Assembly (NCBI GenBank): GCA_965202615.1
Contig: OZ241837.1
Span: 2,370,894-2,434,893, forward strand
Origin: Arenicellales bacterium
GTDB lineage: Bacteria > Pseudomonadota > Gammaproteobacteria > Arenicellales > JAJDZL01
Direction of reading: 5' to 3'
DNA: 64,000 nt
Below the pieces are notes generated by a model. It searched no databases and was not told the origin of the DNA. It saw nothing but the letters and a program-made list of their open reading frames with translations. Shown one piece after another: positions 30,388 to 40,257 of this stretch; the stretch's first letter is position 1; each line of letters begins with the position of its first letter. The position numbers were made by a program, and so were the translations under genes.

Positions 30388-30879
30388 TTAAAGCAATTTC
30401 ATTATGGTTTCTGCGTCGCTTACTTCCAGTTCTCCAGGCGCTTCCCGGTTGTAGGCTTTTATGACACCGTCTTCTACGATCATGGCATATCGGTCTGATC
30501 GAATTCCCAACCCCCTTGTGGTGAGATCAAGCGTGATCCCAAGCATGGTGGTTAAATCGGCAGAACCGTCCGCCAGCATCATCAGTTTCTCAGCATTCTG
30601 ACTTTTTCCCCAAGCGTCCATCACGAAGACGTCATTGACAGCTAAACAGACAATTGAGTCCACGCCTTTGGCCAATATTTCATCGGCGTGAACCACGTAT
30701 CCAGGCAAATGAGCCATAGAACAGGTGGGAGTAAACGCACCTGGAACCGCAAAAAGAACAACCTTTTTGCCATCAAATAATTCTGTCGTGGTAATTGCGG
30801 CAGGCCCATCGTCAGTCATGTAATGCAACTCTGCTTCGGGTATGCGATCACCAACTTTCACTTCTCGTGCTTCTGACAT
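30388..30879 (-). CDS. Peroxiredoxin (Prx5 type)
   Basis: VPGAFTPTCS and VNDVFVM motifs. Confidence 0.93.
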   Translation of the reverse strand: MSEAREVKVGDRIPEAELHYMTDDGPAAITTTELFDGKKVVLFAVPGAFTPTCSMAHLPGYVVHADEILAKGVDSIVCLAVNDVFVMDAWGKSQNAEKLMMLADGSADLTTMLGITLDLTTRGLGIRSDRYAMIVEDGVIKAYNREAPGELEVSDAETIMKLL

Positions 30880-31091
30880 TTTTTTCTCCTATGTACTCAA
30901 AATCTCAGCGATTGAAGCGATATATCATACTACCATCGAGTATTATCCTGTCCGAATTAATCCGTTTAATTTGATAATTGATTGCTTCTATCGTATCTGG
31001 AAACTCATGTCGCAGCGTGAGTACTGAAATCGTATCGGTTATTTGTAACTGATGAATTTTCCCAATCACGAAAATCCAGCTGGTCAAAAAC

Positions 31092-32441
31092 ATGAATAAG
31101 GATCTTGAATCACTTTTGAGTCAATACCCTCAAGTAGAGTTCATTGACGCAATTATCCCGGACCTTAACGGTTACATTCGGGGCAAGCGTTTCCCGATTA
31201 AGGATGCTGGCAAGATATACACCTCAGGTGTTCAAATTCCCGAAAGCACGGTGCTGCTCGATTATTTCGGCGATAGTTCAGACCCCTGCGGCCGGGGCTT
31301 CTCGGACGGAGATCCCGATGGTACGTTGCGCCCAATCAGCGGCACAACCAAATATGTACCTTGGGGAGACGGCAAAAAGGCACAGGTTCTTATGCGATTC
31401 GAATCCGATGACGGCTCGCTTTGTCAGGTCGATCCGAGAGCTGTCGCTTCCGGGGTGGTTGATCGATTCAATAGTTTGGGTTACCAGTCGAATATGGCAT
31501 TTGAGCTGGAATTCTACCTGCTTTCGGCGAAACTGGATGGTCGAGGACGACCGCAGCTGCCAAAATTGAGCGGTGCCGCGCGTTCAGTTGATGAGACCCA
31601 GGTTTATTTGCTGGAAGACCTGGACCTCCACGATGATTTCCTGCAAAGGGTGCGCGAAGCCTGCCAAGTTCAATGTATACCGGCTTCAGTCATTACCTCC
31701 GAGTTTTCCCCTTCGCAGTACGAAATCAATTTAAATCACGTTAAAGATCCTTTGTTGGCGGCAGACCAATGTGTTCTGCTCAAGCGTGTCATCAAGGGTG
31801 TTGCGTCCGATTTCGGCATGCAGGCAACATTTATGCCCAAACCTTTTCCCGAAAACAGTGGCAGTGGCATGCACATCCATTTAAGTCTGGAGGACGACAA
31901 GGGACACAACGTGTTTATAGACCCACATGAACTGGGCAGCACATTGATGCGATATGCGATCGGCGGATTGCTTGTTTCCATACCAGATGTATTTGCGGTG
32001 CTTGCACCTGGGCGAAATTCCTACAGGCGCTTTGTACCAGACATTTTTGTACCGGTGAACAAGACTTGGGGCTACAACAATCGCTCTGTAGCGGTTAGAA
32101 TTCCAGCAGGCGACAAAAATGCCCGAAGGCTCGAACATCGAGTCGCCGGTGCAGATGCAAATCCCTATCTTGCATTGGCCGCTGTGCTGGCAGGTGTTCA
32201 TCATGGGATCACCAATTCGGTTGACCCGGGAGAGCCGTCTCCTTTAGTCAATGTGAGCGGCGAACTTGACGAGGATTTTCCTCTTGAATGGAGCAGGGCG
32301 ATTTCGGTCTTTCAGAATTCCTCATTTGCAAGATCTTACTTCTCGGACCAGTATGTGGACATATTCTGTTCCCTGAAACAAGCTGAGTACCAACAGTACG
32401 AAGATCACATTACCGACCAGGAATATCTGTTGTATTTGTGA
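31092..32441 (+). CDS. puuA: Glutamine-synthetase-family gamma-glutamyl-polyamine ligase
   Basis: ELEFYL, QYEIN, GSGMHIH and EHRVAGADANPY motifs. Adjacent to a puuB-like gene. Confidence 0.78.
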   Translation: MNKDLESLLSQYPQVEFIDAIIPDLNGYIRGKRFPIKDAGKIYTSGVQIPESTVLLDYFGDSSDPCGRGFSDGDPDGTLRPISGTTKYVPWGDGKKAQVLMRFESDDGSLCQVDPRAVASGVVDRFNSLGYQSNMAFELEFYLLSAKLDGRGRPQLPKLSGAARSVDETQVYLLEDLDLHDDFLQRVREACQVQCIPASVITSEFSPSQYEINLNHVKDPLLAADQCVLLKRVIKGVASDFGMQATFMPKPFPENSGSGMHIHLSLEDDKGHNVFIDPHELGSTLMRYAIGGLLVSIPDVFAVLAPGRNSYRRFVPDIFVPVNKTWGYNNRSVAVRIPAGDKNARRLEHRVAGADANPYLALAAVLAGVHHGITNSVDPGEPSPLVNVSGELDEDFPLEWSRAISVFQNSSFARSYFSDQYVDIFCSLKQAEYQQYEDHITDQEYLLYL

Positions 32442-32454
32442 GGGAATCGTAGTC

Positions 32455-33762
32455 TTGCCAGCCCCCGGCCATGTTAACTCGTACTACGCGGCCAGTCAGA
32501 CTGGCCTTGTGAATTACCCCAAGATTTCCGATTCCGAGCGATGTGACGTTTGTGTCATTGGCGGTGGCTATACGGGGCTTTCCACGGCACTGAATCTGGC
32601 GGAACTGGGGTACGACATCGTTCTGCTTGAAGCCAGGAAGATTGGATGGGGCGCTTCAGGTCGAAATGGCGGTCAGGTAGGATCAGGCTTAAGGTGGTCG
32701 CAGGCGGAGTTGGAAAAGCAATTTGGCCCTGAAAAAGCGCAGCTGTTTTGGGACCTTACGGAAGCGGCCAAGCGCGAGGTGATTAACCGGATTGCCCGCC
32801 ATGGCATTCCCTGCGATTTCAAGCACGGCGTTCTGACTGCAGCGGTAACGAAAAAATGCGCGCAATCGCTGGAGACTGAGGTTTCCCATATGCACGAGCG
32901 CTATCACCATCATGCAGAACGCTACATCACGCGTGAGGAAATGCAATCTTTACTTGGAACATCGATCTACTACGGAGGCACGCTGGACACGAGTTCAGGG
33001 CATCTGCACCCACTGAATTTTGCAATTGGACTTGCCAGTGCGGCAACGGACGCGGATGTTCGAATCTATGAGGACTCAAAAGTGTGCAGCTACCGAAAGG
33101 ATCGACAAACTTTTGTTGTCGAAACCATTCAGGGCGCAACAGTTCGGTCCAAACGCATTGTGTTCGCTTGCAACGCCTACATTGACCGGCTGTCGCCGCG
33201 TCTGAGCCAGTACATCATGCCAATTGAAAGTTTCATTGCTGCGACTGAACCCATGCATCCGGAAATGGCAAAGCAACTGATTCGGGACGACATTGCTGTT
33301 TGTGACACAAAATTCTGTCTTGACTACTACAGGCTGTCGACAGACAAGCGATTGCTGTTTGGCGGGGCTGAAGCGTATATCCCAAACAGACGGGTGGACG
33401 TTGCCACACAAATTAAGCGCAGAATTCGCAAAGTATTCCCTCAGTTGGAAAACTTAAGGATTGATTACGCATGGCGGGGGAAGATAGCGGTCACACTGAA
33501 TCGTTTGCCTTCGATCGGATGTATAGACGCGGAAATCTACTATGCTCAGGGATTTTCCGGTCATGGTGTTGCCCTTACCAACATGGTTGGAAAAATTCTT
33601 GCGGAAAAAATCGATGGATCAACCGAGAGATTTGATCTCATGGCATCGATTCCCCACAAAACCTTTCCGGGCAGACATTTTCTGCGTTGGCCAATTCACG
33701 TTCTCGGCATGAACTACTATGCCATGGCTGACAAAATCAAGCTTTGGACCGCGGCCAGGTAA
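32455..33762 (+). CDS. puuB: Gamma-glutamylputrescine oxidase-like FAD oxidoreductase
   Basis: SYYAAS, GGGYTG, GASGRNGG and GFSGHG motifs. Confidence 0.8.
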   Translation: MPAPGHVNSYYAASQTGLVNYPKISDSERCDVCVIGGGYTGLSTALNLAELGYDIVLLEARKIGWGASGRNGGQVGSGLRWSQAELEKQFGPEKAQLFWDLTEAAKREVINRIARHGIPCDFKHGVLTAAVTKKCAQSLETEVSHMHERYHHHAERYITREEMQSLLGTSIYYGGTLDTSSGHLHPLNFAIGLASAATDADVRIYEDSKVCSYRKDRQTFVVETIQGATVRSKRIVFACNAYIDRLSPRLSQYIMPIESFIAATEPMHPEMAKQLIRDDIAVCDTKFCLDYYRLSTDKRLLFGGAEAYIPNRRVDVATQIKRRIRKVFPQLENLRIDYAWRGKIAVTLNRLPSIGCIDAEIYYAQGFSGHGVALTNMVGKILAEKIDGSTERFDLMASIPHKTFPGRHFLRWPIHVLGMNYYAMADKIKLWTAAR

Positions 33763-33859
33763 ACTCGTATTTGGTTTGATCACGTTGTCGCCTCAACGAA
33801 ATTTCATGCTTTCGTGGTATAAATTGTCAATCAGGTACTGACAAAGTAACGAGAGGTAG

Positions 33860-35257
33860 TTGGAGATGTCAAGTATTGCGCAGTCCATTCAACCGTCTGG
33901 TGCAATTGAGGAGCTGCAGGAATTATTCGGGAATCGGATCCAGGTTTCCAAGAGTGCCTGTCGAGAATACGGCACGGACGAATCATTTCACGGAAGTTAT
34001 CCGCCGGATGCGGTATTTTCGCCAAATACAACCGAAGAAGTGGCGCAGGCCGTGCGCATTTGTGCAAAGCATGAATTTCCGGTCATCCCCTATGGAACAG
34101 GCACCAGCTTGGAAGGGCATATCTGTGCGCTTCATGGCGGACTTTGTTTGAATATGATCGAAATGAACCAGGTCTTGCAGGTCAATGCGGAAGACCTGGA
34201 TGTCGTGATACAGCCCGGTGTGACGCGCAAGCAACTGAATGAATATCTAAAGGATACGGGGCTTTTCTTTCCAATCGACCCAGGTGCAGATGCATCACTT
34301 GGAGGGATGACTGCAACTCGGGCATCGGGCACCAATGCGGTTCGATATGGCACCATGCGGGAAAACGTACTGTCGCTGACTGTTGTGATGGCTGATGGCC
34401 GAATAATCAAAACGGCGAAAAGGGCAAGAAAATCATCAGCCGGGTATGATCTCACCCGACTGTTTGTCGGATCTGAAGGCACCCTCGGTGTAATCACGGA
34501 AATTACACTGCGAGTCTACGGTATTCCTGAAAAGATTTCTTCTGCGGTTGTCGCGTTTTCGGAACTTGACCGCGCGGTGCAAGCTGTCATTACAACCATC
34601 CAAATTGGCATTCCGATCGCCCGGATTGAATTGCTTGATGATTCCATGATGGAGGCTTTGAACAAGTATTCCAAACTGGATTACCCCGAGGAGCACACTT
34701 TATTTCTGGAGTTTCATGGCACTGAAAATTCTGTACAGGAACAGGTTGAAACGGTCCAGATGATTTGTGAAGAATTTGGTGGGGGAAATTTTCAGTGGAC
34801 CGTCTATGCCGAGGATCGAAACCGGTTATGGCAGGCACGACATGACGCAGCTTATGCCGCCAAAGCGATGCGTCCGAATGCTCAAATTTGGGCGACAGAT
34901 GTGTGCGTCCCGATTTCTCGACTGGCTGAATGCATTATGGAAACTAAGCAGGATATCGAAGCATCAAATTTAATCGCTCCAATAGTCGGTCATGTTGGAG
35001 ATGGTAATTTTCACTTAGTGTTGCTGGTGGATCACACGGACTCGGAAGAGGAGAAACGCGCACAGGCGTTGCACGAAAGAATGGTGATGCGAGCGCTTGA
35101 GATGGAAGGCACCTGCACAGGAGAACACGGAATCGGCTACGGCAAAATGGATTTTCTCATTGCCGAACACGGTGAGTCTGTCGCCGTCATGCGGACGCTA
35201 AAGAAAGCACTTGATCCGGCAAACATCATGAATCCCGGAAAAATTGTGCGAGTTTAG
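33860..35257 (+). CDS. FAD-linked D-lactate/2-hydroxyacid dehydrogenase
   Basis: GTSLEG, GSEGTLG, HVGDGNFH and GEHGIG motifs. Confidence 0.9.
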   Translation: MEMSSIAQSIQPSGAIEELQELFGNRIQVSKSACREYGTDESFHGSYPPDAVFSPNTTEEVAQAVRICAKHEFPVIPYGTGTSLEGHICALHGGLCLNMIEMNQVLQVNAEDLDVVIQPGVTRKQLNEYLKDTGLFFPIDPGADASLGGMTATRASGTNAVRYGTMRENVLSLTVVMADGRIIKTAKRARKSSAGYDLTRLFVGSEGTLGVITEITLRVYGIPEKISSAVVAFSELDRAVQAVITTIQIGIPIARIELLDDSMMEALNKYSKLDYPEEHTLFLEFHGTENSVQEQVETVQMICEEFGGGNFQWTVYAEDRNRLWQARHDAAYAAKAMRPNAQIWATDVCVPISRLAECIMETKQDIEASNLIAPIVGHVGDGNFHLVLLVDHTDSEEEKRAQALHERMVMRALEMEGTCTGEHGIGYGKMDFLIAEHGESVAVMRTLKKALDPANIMNPGKIVRV

Positions 35258-35333
35258 CAGTCGCGCAATTCCGCAATCGAACGGCTTTGCTGAACACGCA
35301 ATTGGAAATGAATCTATTTGTTGCCTGAGACGG

Positions 35334-35627
35334 TCAGGCTGCGGTATCTTGAGAATCTTGTGATGGCGGGCTGGTGTTGTAGTAAATTTCGGCAGCAGGG
35401 TCATCTTCGTCTTTTTGAAGCAAACCTTTTTCTACAAATAAACGTAATGTATTGTTTACTGTGGCACGAGAAACCGGAGGCCAGGGGCCATTTACATTGC
35501 GATAGACTTCCTCGGCAGACATGTGATCAGCTTTGTCCAGAATAACTCTCGCAATTCGGAGTCTTTGTTGAGATGGCATAATACCGTTGTCTCTCAAATA
35601 GGCGTCGAGGTCAATGTTCGTCATCAT
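35334..35627 (-). CDS. Fur/Irr-family regulator, C-terminally truncated
   Basis: QRLRIA, HMSAEEV and VSRATVNNTL motifs. Lacks the HHH dimerisation domain. Confidence 0.7.
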   Translation of the reverse strand: MMTNIDLDAYLRDNGIMPSQQRLRIARVILDKADHMSAEEVYRNVNGPWPPVSRATVNNTLRLFVEKGLLQKDEDDPAAEIYYNTSPPSQDSQDTAA

Positions 35628-35835
35628 TTCTGAAATAACACCAATTTGTGATTTTAGAAGTCGGGGAATCCTGTTAAGTATAGCAAATATCAGCGTAAAA
35701 GTCTAATTTGGAATGCTCGTTGGGTGTGCGTCAGGTTTTTAAAATTTTCACTATGATAAGGTATGTAGCAAGCATTAGCGATATGTCTGTAATGTATAAT
35801 ATACATTACATGAACTCCCGCCCAATGGTACGCCG

Positions 35836-36213
35836 ATGGACACTATCAAACTCCTCGAATCTCAGCGAAACGACCTTCTACAGCAAATCTCCGAAATCGG
35901 AGAGTTGCGACCGGGCAACCTGTCCGCCTTTCACCGCAAGTGTTACAGACCCAATTGCCATTGCGCCAAACCCGGCGACCCCGGCCATCTGGGCTGGCAA
36001 CTGACCCGTAAAGATGAACATCAAAAAACCATCCGTCACAACATCCCGAAGCACGCACTTGAAACGACTCGCAAACAGGTTGAGGAATACAGCCGTCTCA
36101 AGACACTGGTCGGACAGTTTGCTGAAATCAATGATCAACTGTGCCAGGCACGCCTTCGAGCCGGTCAGGCTGAAAAAAAAACGCTGCGTCAAACCTCTCG
36201 CAAGAATCGCTAG
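35836..36213 (+). CDS. ISKra4 OrfA (DUF6788-like Zn-binding protein)
   Basis: RKCYRPNCHCAKPGDPGH motif. Ends after an A9 run. Confidence 0.8.
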   Translation: MDTIKLLESQRNDLLQQISEIGELRPGNLSAFHRKCYRPNCHCAKPGDPGHLGWQLTRKDEHQKTIRHNIPKHALETTRKQVEEYSRLKTLVGQFAEINDQLCQARLRAGQAEKKTLRQTSRKNR

Positions 36214-36245
36214 CCGGCGCACTTGCACTGGAAGCGGCGCAGGAG

Positions 36246-37559
36246 GTGACTGCGCTTTTTCAGTCGCACTCGGGCCGTGCAAGAATTGATTTGGAGGCCC
36301 TTGAGGTGGCGGTGAAATCAACCATGATGGACTTGGGATCCGCCTTGATGTCGATGTGCATCAATGCCGACCGAAGCGATGGCGAGGCGGCTGAGTTGAG
36401 CTGCCAGTGCGGGGCTGTGGCAAAGCGTTGTGGGCGGCGCCGGAAGAGACTGGTTTCAGCGTTGGGTGTGCTTTCGTTAAAGCGCACCTATTATCACTGT
36501 GATGACTGTGGTGGAGGATTTTTCCCCAAGGACCGGCAGTTGGGGATTGAGGGTCAGTCGATTTCTCAGGCGGTGATGCGGATGATTGGTCGCACTGCGG
36601 CTGAGCTGAGTTTTGCCGGAACGCAGACATTGCTGCAGCTGCTGGCGCAGGTTGGCGTCAGCGTCAAGCAGGTTGAGCGGGTGGCAGAGTCGCTGGGACG
36701 TGAGATCTGTGAGCACGAGCTTGCCAATGAGGACCGGGAAGCCTGCCAGGCTGGGACGATGTATCTGGGTATCGATGGCACTGGAGTGCCGGTGATTCCC
36801 AAGCACACAGACGGTCGCAAGGGCAAGCAGGCAGACGGCAGTGCGAAGACGCGCGAGATGAAGCTTGCGGTTGTCTGGACAGCTGAGCGCAAGGATGACG
36901 AGGGTCGGCCAAGGACTGATGCCGGCTCTGTCAGCTACAATGCTGCGATTGAGACTGCGAGCACCAAGGATAGCGCAACAGAGTTGTCGCCGTTTGTACA
37001 GCGTGTGTATCGGGAGGCGTTGCGTCGTGGATTTTACCAGGCCCCCCGGCGAGTGGTGATCGGTGATGGTGCGCGCTGGATCTGGCAGCTCAGCGCCGAG
37101 TTGTTTCCGGGTGCCATAGAGGTGGTAGACATATTTCATGCGAAGGAAAAACTCCATGACGTGAGCAAGGCCATTTACGGCGCTGATTCCGATTTGGCCG
37201 ACAGGTGGGCAGAGTTGCGTTGCGAGGAGTTGGCCGCGGGCAACATTGAGGGATTGATCACAGAGCTGAAAAAAGCATCCGACGGCTCTACATGTAAGCT
37301 TGCAACTCAGGCGGTTGGGTATTTCAGCACGAACATCAAGCGTATGCGCTATGCACAGTTTCGTGCTGAGGGAATCTGTATTTCAAGCGGCGTTGTTGAA
37401 GCCGGATGCAAGGATGCGATTGGCGCACGACTCAAGCGCAGCGGAATGCGCTGGTCGGTTGATGGTGCCAATGATATTGCTGCATTGCGGTGCTACGTGA
37501 AAAGTGAACGGTTCGATGATTTCTGGTATGACAGAGCTATGAAATTGCAGGCACAATAA
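36246..37559 (+). CDS. ISKra4 transposase
   Basis: IDGTGVP, GDGARWIW, DIFHA, SGVVEAGCK and RLKRSGMRW motifs. Confidence 0.92.
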   Translation: MTALFQSHSGRARIDLEALEVAVKSTMMDLGSALMSMCINADRSDGEAAELSCQCGAVAKRCGRRRKRLVSALGVLSLKRTYYHCDDCGGGFFPKDRQLGIEGQSISQAVMRMIGRTAAELSFAGTQTLLQLLAQVGVSVKQVERVAESLGREICEHELANEDREACQAGTMYLGIDGTGVPVIPKHTDGRKGKQADGSAKTREMKLAVVWTAERKDDEGRPRTDAGSVSYNAAIETASTKDSATELSPFVQRVYREALRRGFYQAPRRVVIGDGARWIWQLSAELFPGAIEVVDIFHAKEKLHDVSKAIYGADSDLADRWAELRCEELAAGNIEGLITELKKASDGSTCKLATQAVGYFSTNIKRMRYAQFRAEGICISSGVVEAGCKDAIGARLKRSGMRWSVDGANDIAALRCYVKSERFDDFWYDRAMKLQAQ

Positions 37560-37685
37560 AATTTTGGCGCACACCCATGCTCGTTCAACACATAAACATG
37601 TACTGGTTGGATGTTTGTGCGTCGCCATTCAAAAATGGCAACATTTAGGTGCAATTGGGTGCGTTTAAAGTGATTTGCGTGTTGT

Positions 37686-38243
37686 ATGAATCGTGATTTA
37701 ACTGAAGTAGTGACAAATACTTTGGAACAAAACAATAGCGGAGTCGGTGAAGTTGTGTCGGCGTTCGTCTCAATGGTACGAAACGGATTGATTTTGCTGA
37801 TTGGTGATCGTGCACATCACTACGAAAACGAAGTGGTTTCGGTCATGGACCCAATGACGAGGCTAGTCGTCAATCTTTATCCAGATACAACTGAATCAAA
37901 ATTCCAAGATCATTCGGAGCACGATTTGAGAGTTGCGGTTCATCGGCAGAACCCAGAGGAATTTCTCAATGACGTCAGACATCATTTTTTGAACCTGGTG
38001 GTTACCGACTGTGATTTCAGTGAGCACCTTGCTCAACGGATTACATCAATGTTGTTGGAAGGCGCTTGCTGGTTGATTCTCAATACTTCGGATTTCGCTG
38101 ACGTTTCCGAACGTACAGCACGAGAATCATTTCATGTCGCAAATCTTGGTTCGTGCTTATTGTTAGTGAAAAAAACCGAAGCTCAGTCAGCCGTCCGAAA
38201 AGGTGGTCGGCGCGCCCGGTTGGCCGGAGGCATCCAATCGTAA
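37686..38243 (+). CDS. Hypothetical protein
   Basis: 185-aa ORF upstream of the alkB-like gene. No family recognised. Confidence 0.5.
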   Translation: MNRDLTEVVTNTLEQNNSGVGEVVSAFVSMVRNGLILLIGDRAHHYENEVVSVMDPMTRLVVNLYPDTTESKFQDHSEHDLRVAVHRQNPEEFLNDVRHHFLNLVVTDCDFSEHLAQRITSMLLEGACWLILNTSDFADVSERTARESFHVANLGSCLLLVKKTEAQSAVRKGGRRARLAGGIQS

Positions 38244-38884
38244 GCACTCAGACTGTCGAAATCGACGACTCTTGTCAATTGACAAACAATCTGCGTCGTG
38301 CAGGTTTTGAGCAGCACTGTATCGAAAACGGCACTTTGTGGCTGAATCAGAGTTTTATCCCTTGTGCGAGAGCAACATCGTTATTGCAGACATTGATCGT
38401 CGAAACTCAGTGGACACAGCCGGTGGTACGAATGGGCGCAAAAACGCTTTTGTCACCAAGATTAGCCGCCTGGCATGGTGACCCTGACGCCGTTTACACT
38501 TATTCCGGAGTAAGCAACACTCCATCTTCATGGACAGAAACACTCCAGCAAATACGCGCTCAACTGGAACGTTCTGTTGGCGTTCAATTCAACAGCGTGT
38601 TGCTCAATTATTACCGGAACGGCGAAGACAGCATGGGCTGGCATCGCGACAATGAGCGGGAGCTCGGACCGGAGCCGCTTATCGCTTCAATCAGCTTGGG
38701 ACAGACAAGACGATTTTCAATGCAGCACGTTAAACACAAACATCTTCGCTGGAAAGCAGATCTTGAAAGCGGCTCAGCATTGATCATGGCCGGGCAGACT
38801 CAAAAGAATTGGCGCCATAGCCTGCCTAAATCGAAGTCCCGGAATCAACCGCGAATCAATTTGACGTTTCGTCGGATTTTTTAA
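38237..38884 (+). CDS. AlkB-like 2OG-Fe(II) oxygenase (start uncertain)
   Basis: YTYSG, LLNYYRNGEDSMGWHRD, WRHSLPK and RINLTFR motifs. Confidence 0.88.
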   Translation: MVSTQTVEIDDSCQLTNNLRRAGFEQHCIENGTLWLNQSFIPCARATSLLQTLIVETQWTQPVVRMGAKTLLSPRLAAWHGDPDAVYTYSGVSNTPSSWTETLQQIRAQLERSVGVQFNSVLLNYYRNGEDSMGWHRDNERELGPEPLIASISLGQTRRFSMQHVKHKHLRWKADLESGSALIMAGQTQKNWRHSLPKSKSRNQPRINLTFRRIF

Positions 38885-38933
38885 AGCACTCTGACCGACA
38901 GTTCTGCTGGTCATTCAACTGAATTGAAATTGA

Positions 38934-39722
38934 CTACCAGCTGTTCCTGAGCTCTCGCAAGTGCAGAAAGACTGTTTTACGGTCCGGATTGTCTGGCAAA
39001 TCTGGAAACGCTTCGCGCAGCCTGGCAATCACGCTAGGACTGCTCAGTCTAAAGAACGTGTTGAATTGTCGTTCTTGGGCGAGTGTTGTAACCATTGCGT
39101 TGTTTGTATCCTGAATCTTGACTTTCTTGAGAAGCTTGGCGGCAACTTCGTTGTCCGGTTCCCGATCCAGGGTGAATTCAAGATTATTGGCGATATAGTC
39201 ATGCCCGGGGAATATCCGGGTGTTTTCGGGCAGCCGGTCCAATTGATTCACAAAGGTTTCATACAAATGGTGCGGATGTCCGCCATTGTGGCAGTTGCCG
39301 GCGCCGGCGTTAAACAGGGTATCACCGCAAAATAAAGCAGGGTCGTCTCCGTGAGCCAGCAGGCAGATGTGGCTCATGGTATGTCCCGGGGTGTCCAGCG
39401 CCTGAAGTTCCAGTTTTCCGACTCCAACAATATCTCCGGCACAGATTCCACGGTCTACGCCCGGTATCTGGTCGACGGCGTTGTGGTGGGCGATTAAAGT
39501 TGCCCCTGTTGCCTTGATTACCTGACTGTTTCCGCCAGTGTGATCCAAATGCTCATGAGTGTTCAGAATGCTGGTAATTTCCCAGCCGTGGTGTTTGGCT
39601 CGGTCAATGCATTTTCTGTGATCCAGCGGATCAATCGCAAGCGCTTCTCCAGTATCTGGACAAGCGATGAGATAGTTGAAATTTCTATAGGCGTTGTTGG
39701 TCCAAATTTGTTCGACAATCAT
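38934..39722 (-). CDS. gloB: Hydroxyacylglutathione hydrolase (glyoxalase II)
   Basis: THEHLDH, TPGHT and GDTLF motifs. Confidence 0.85.
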   Translation of the reverse strand: MIVEQIWTNNAYRNFNYLIACPDTGEALAIDPLDHRKCIDRAKHHGWEITSILNTHEHLDHTGGNSQVIKATGATLIAHHNAVDQIPGVDRGICAGDIVGVGKLELQALDTPGHTMSHICLLAHGDDPALFCGDTLFNAGAGNCHNGGHPHHLYETFVNQLDRLPENTRIFPGHDYIANNLEFTLDREPDNEVAAKLLKKVKIQDTNNAMVTTLAQERQFNTFFRLSSPSVIARLREAFPDLPDNPDRKTVFLHLRELRNSW

Positions 39723-39726
39723 TGGT

Positions 39727-40257
39727 TTACTGTTTTGATTTTTCGATTTCTCGTGCGGGGTTGGTAATGTGTTTGATCTCGTTCATCGAATCTCCCGATA
39801 TTCGATAAGCCTGGCCAAAGCCTTTGACAAAGACGCCTTGGCTTGGGTTAAGAGAATACAGATTGAAATCCGCGAGCTGCAGCATGGTATCGACGATCGC
39901 ACCAAAACGCTCTCTGTATGGCTTTATCCAACGTGCAAACTCGTCGCTGTTCCGGTCGAGTCGGGTTGCCGTACACTCAAGCACCAGCCGGTTGCGGGCA
40001 AAAAGGTTTTGAGACATCGATTCGTCTTCTATGACCATGGCGGAAACATTTGAATTCGCAGATATGTTGGCGGTGTGTTGCGCCAGATCACTGAGAAAAA
40101 CGTAAAACGTCAATTCTTCCCCGTGAGCGTAAGGAGCATAGCTGGCACAAGGAATCCCTTCGTTTGAGGCCGTTGCAAGTTCCAGTGTCTGGCACTGCGC
40201 AATCAGACGCAGGATTTCCTGTTTAATTTGTGAAGTCGAATCTTCCATCTGAATCAA
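39727..40257 (-). CDS. HutZ/HugZ-like pyridoxamine 5'-phosphate oxidase family protein
   Basis: SYAPY, SDLAQHTAN, LFARNRL and FVKGFGQAY motifs. Confidence 0.85.
   Translation of the reverse strand: MIQMEDSTSQIKQEILRLIAQCQTLELATASNEGIPCASYAPYAHGEELTFYVFLSDLAQHTANISANSNVSAMVIEDESMSQNLFARNRLVLECTATRLDRNSDEFARWIKPYRERFGAIVDTMLQLADFNLYSLNPSQGVFVKGFGQAYRISGDSMNEIKHITNPAREIEKSKQ

Larger units (their letters stand above)
35722..37576 (+). mobile_element. ISKra4-family insertion sequence
   Basis: IRs GGGTGTGCG(T/C)CA. 9-bp target duplication ATGCTCGTT at 35713-21 and 37577-85. Confidence 0.92.
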
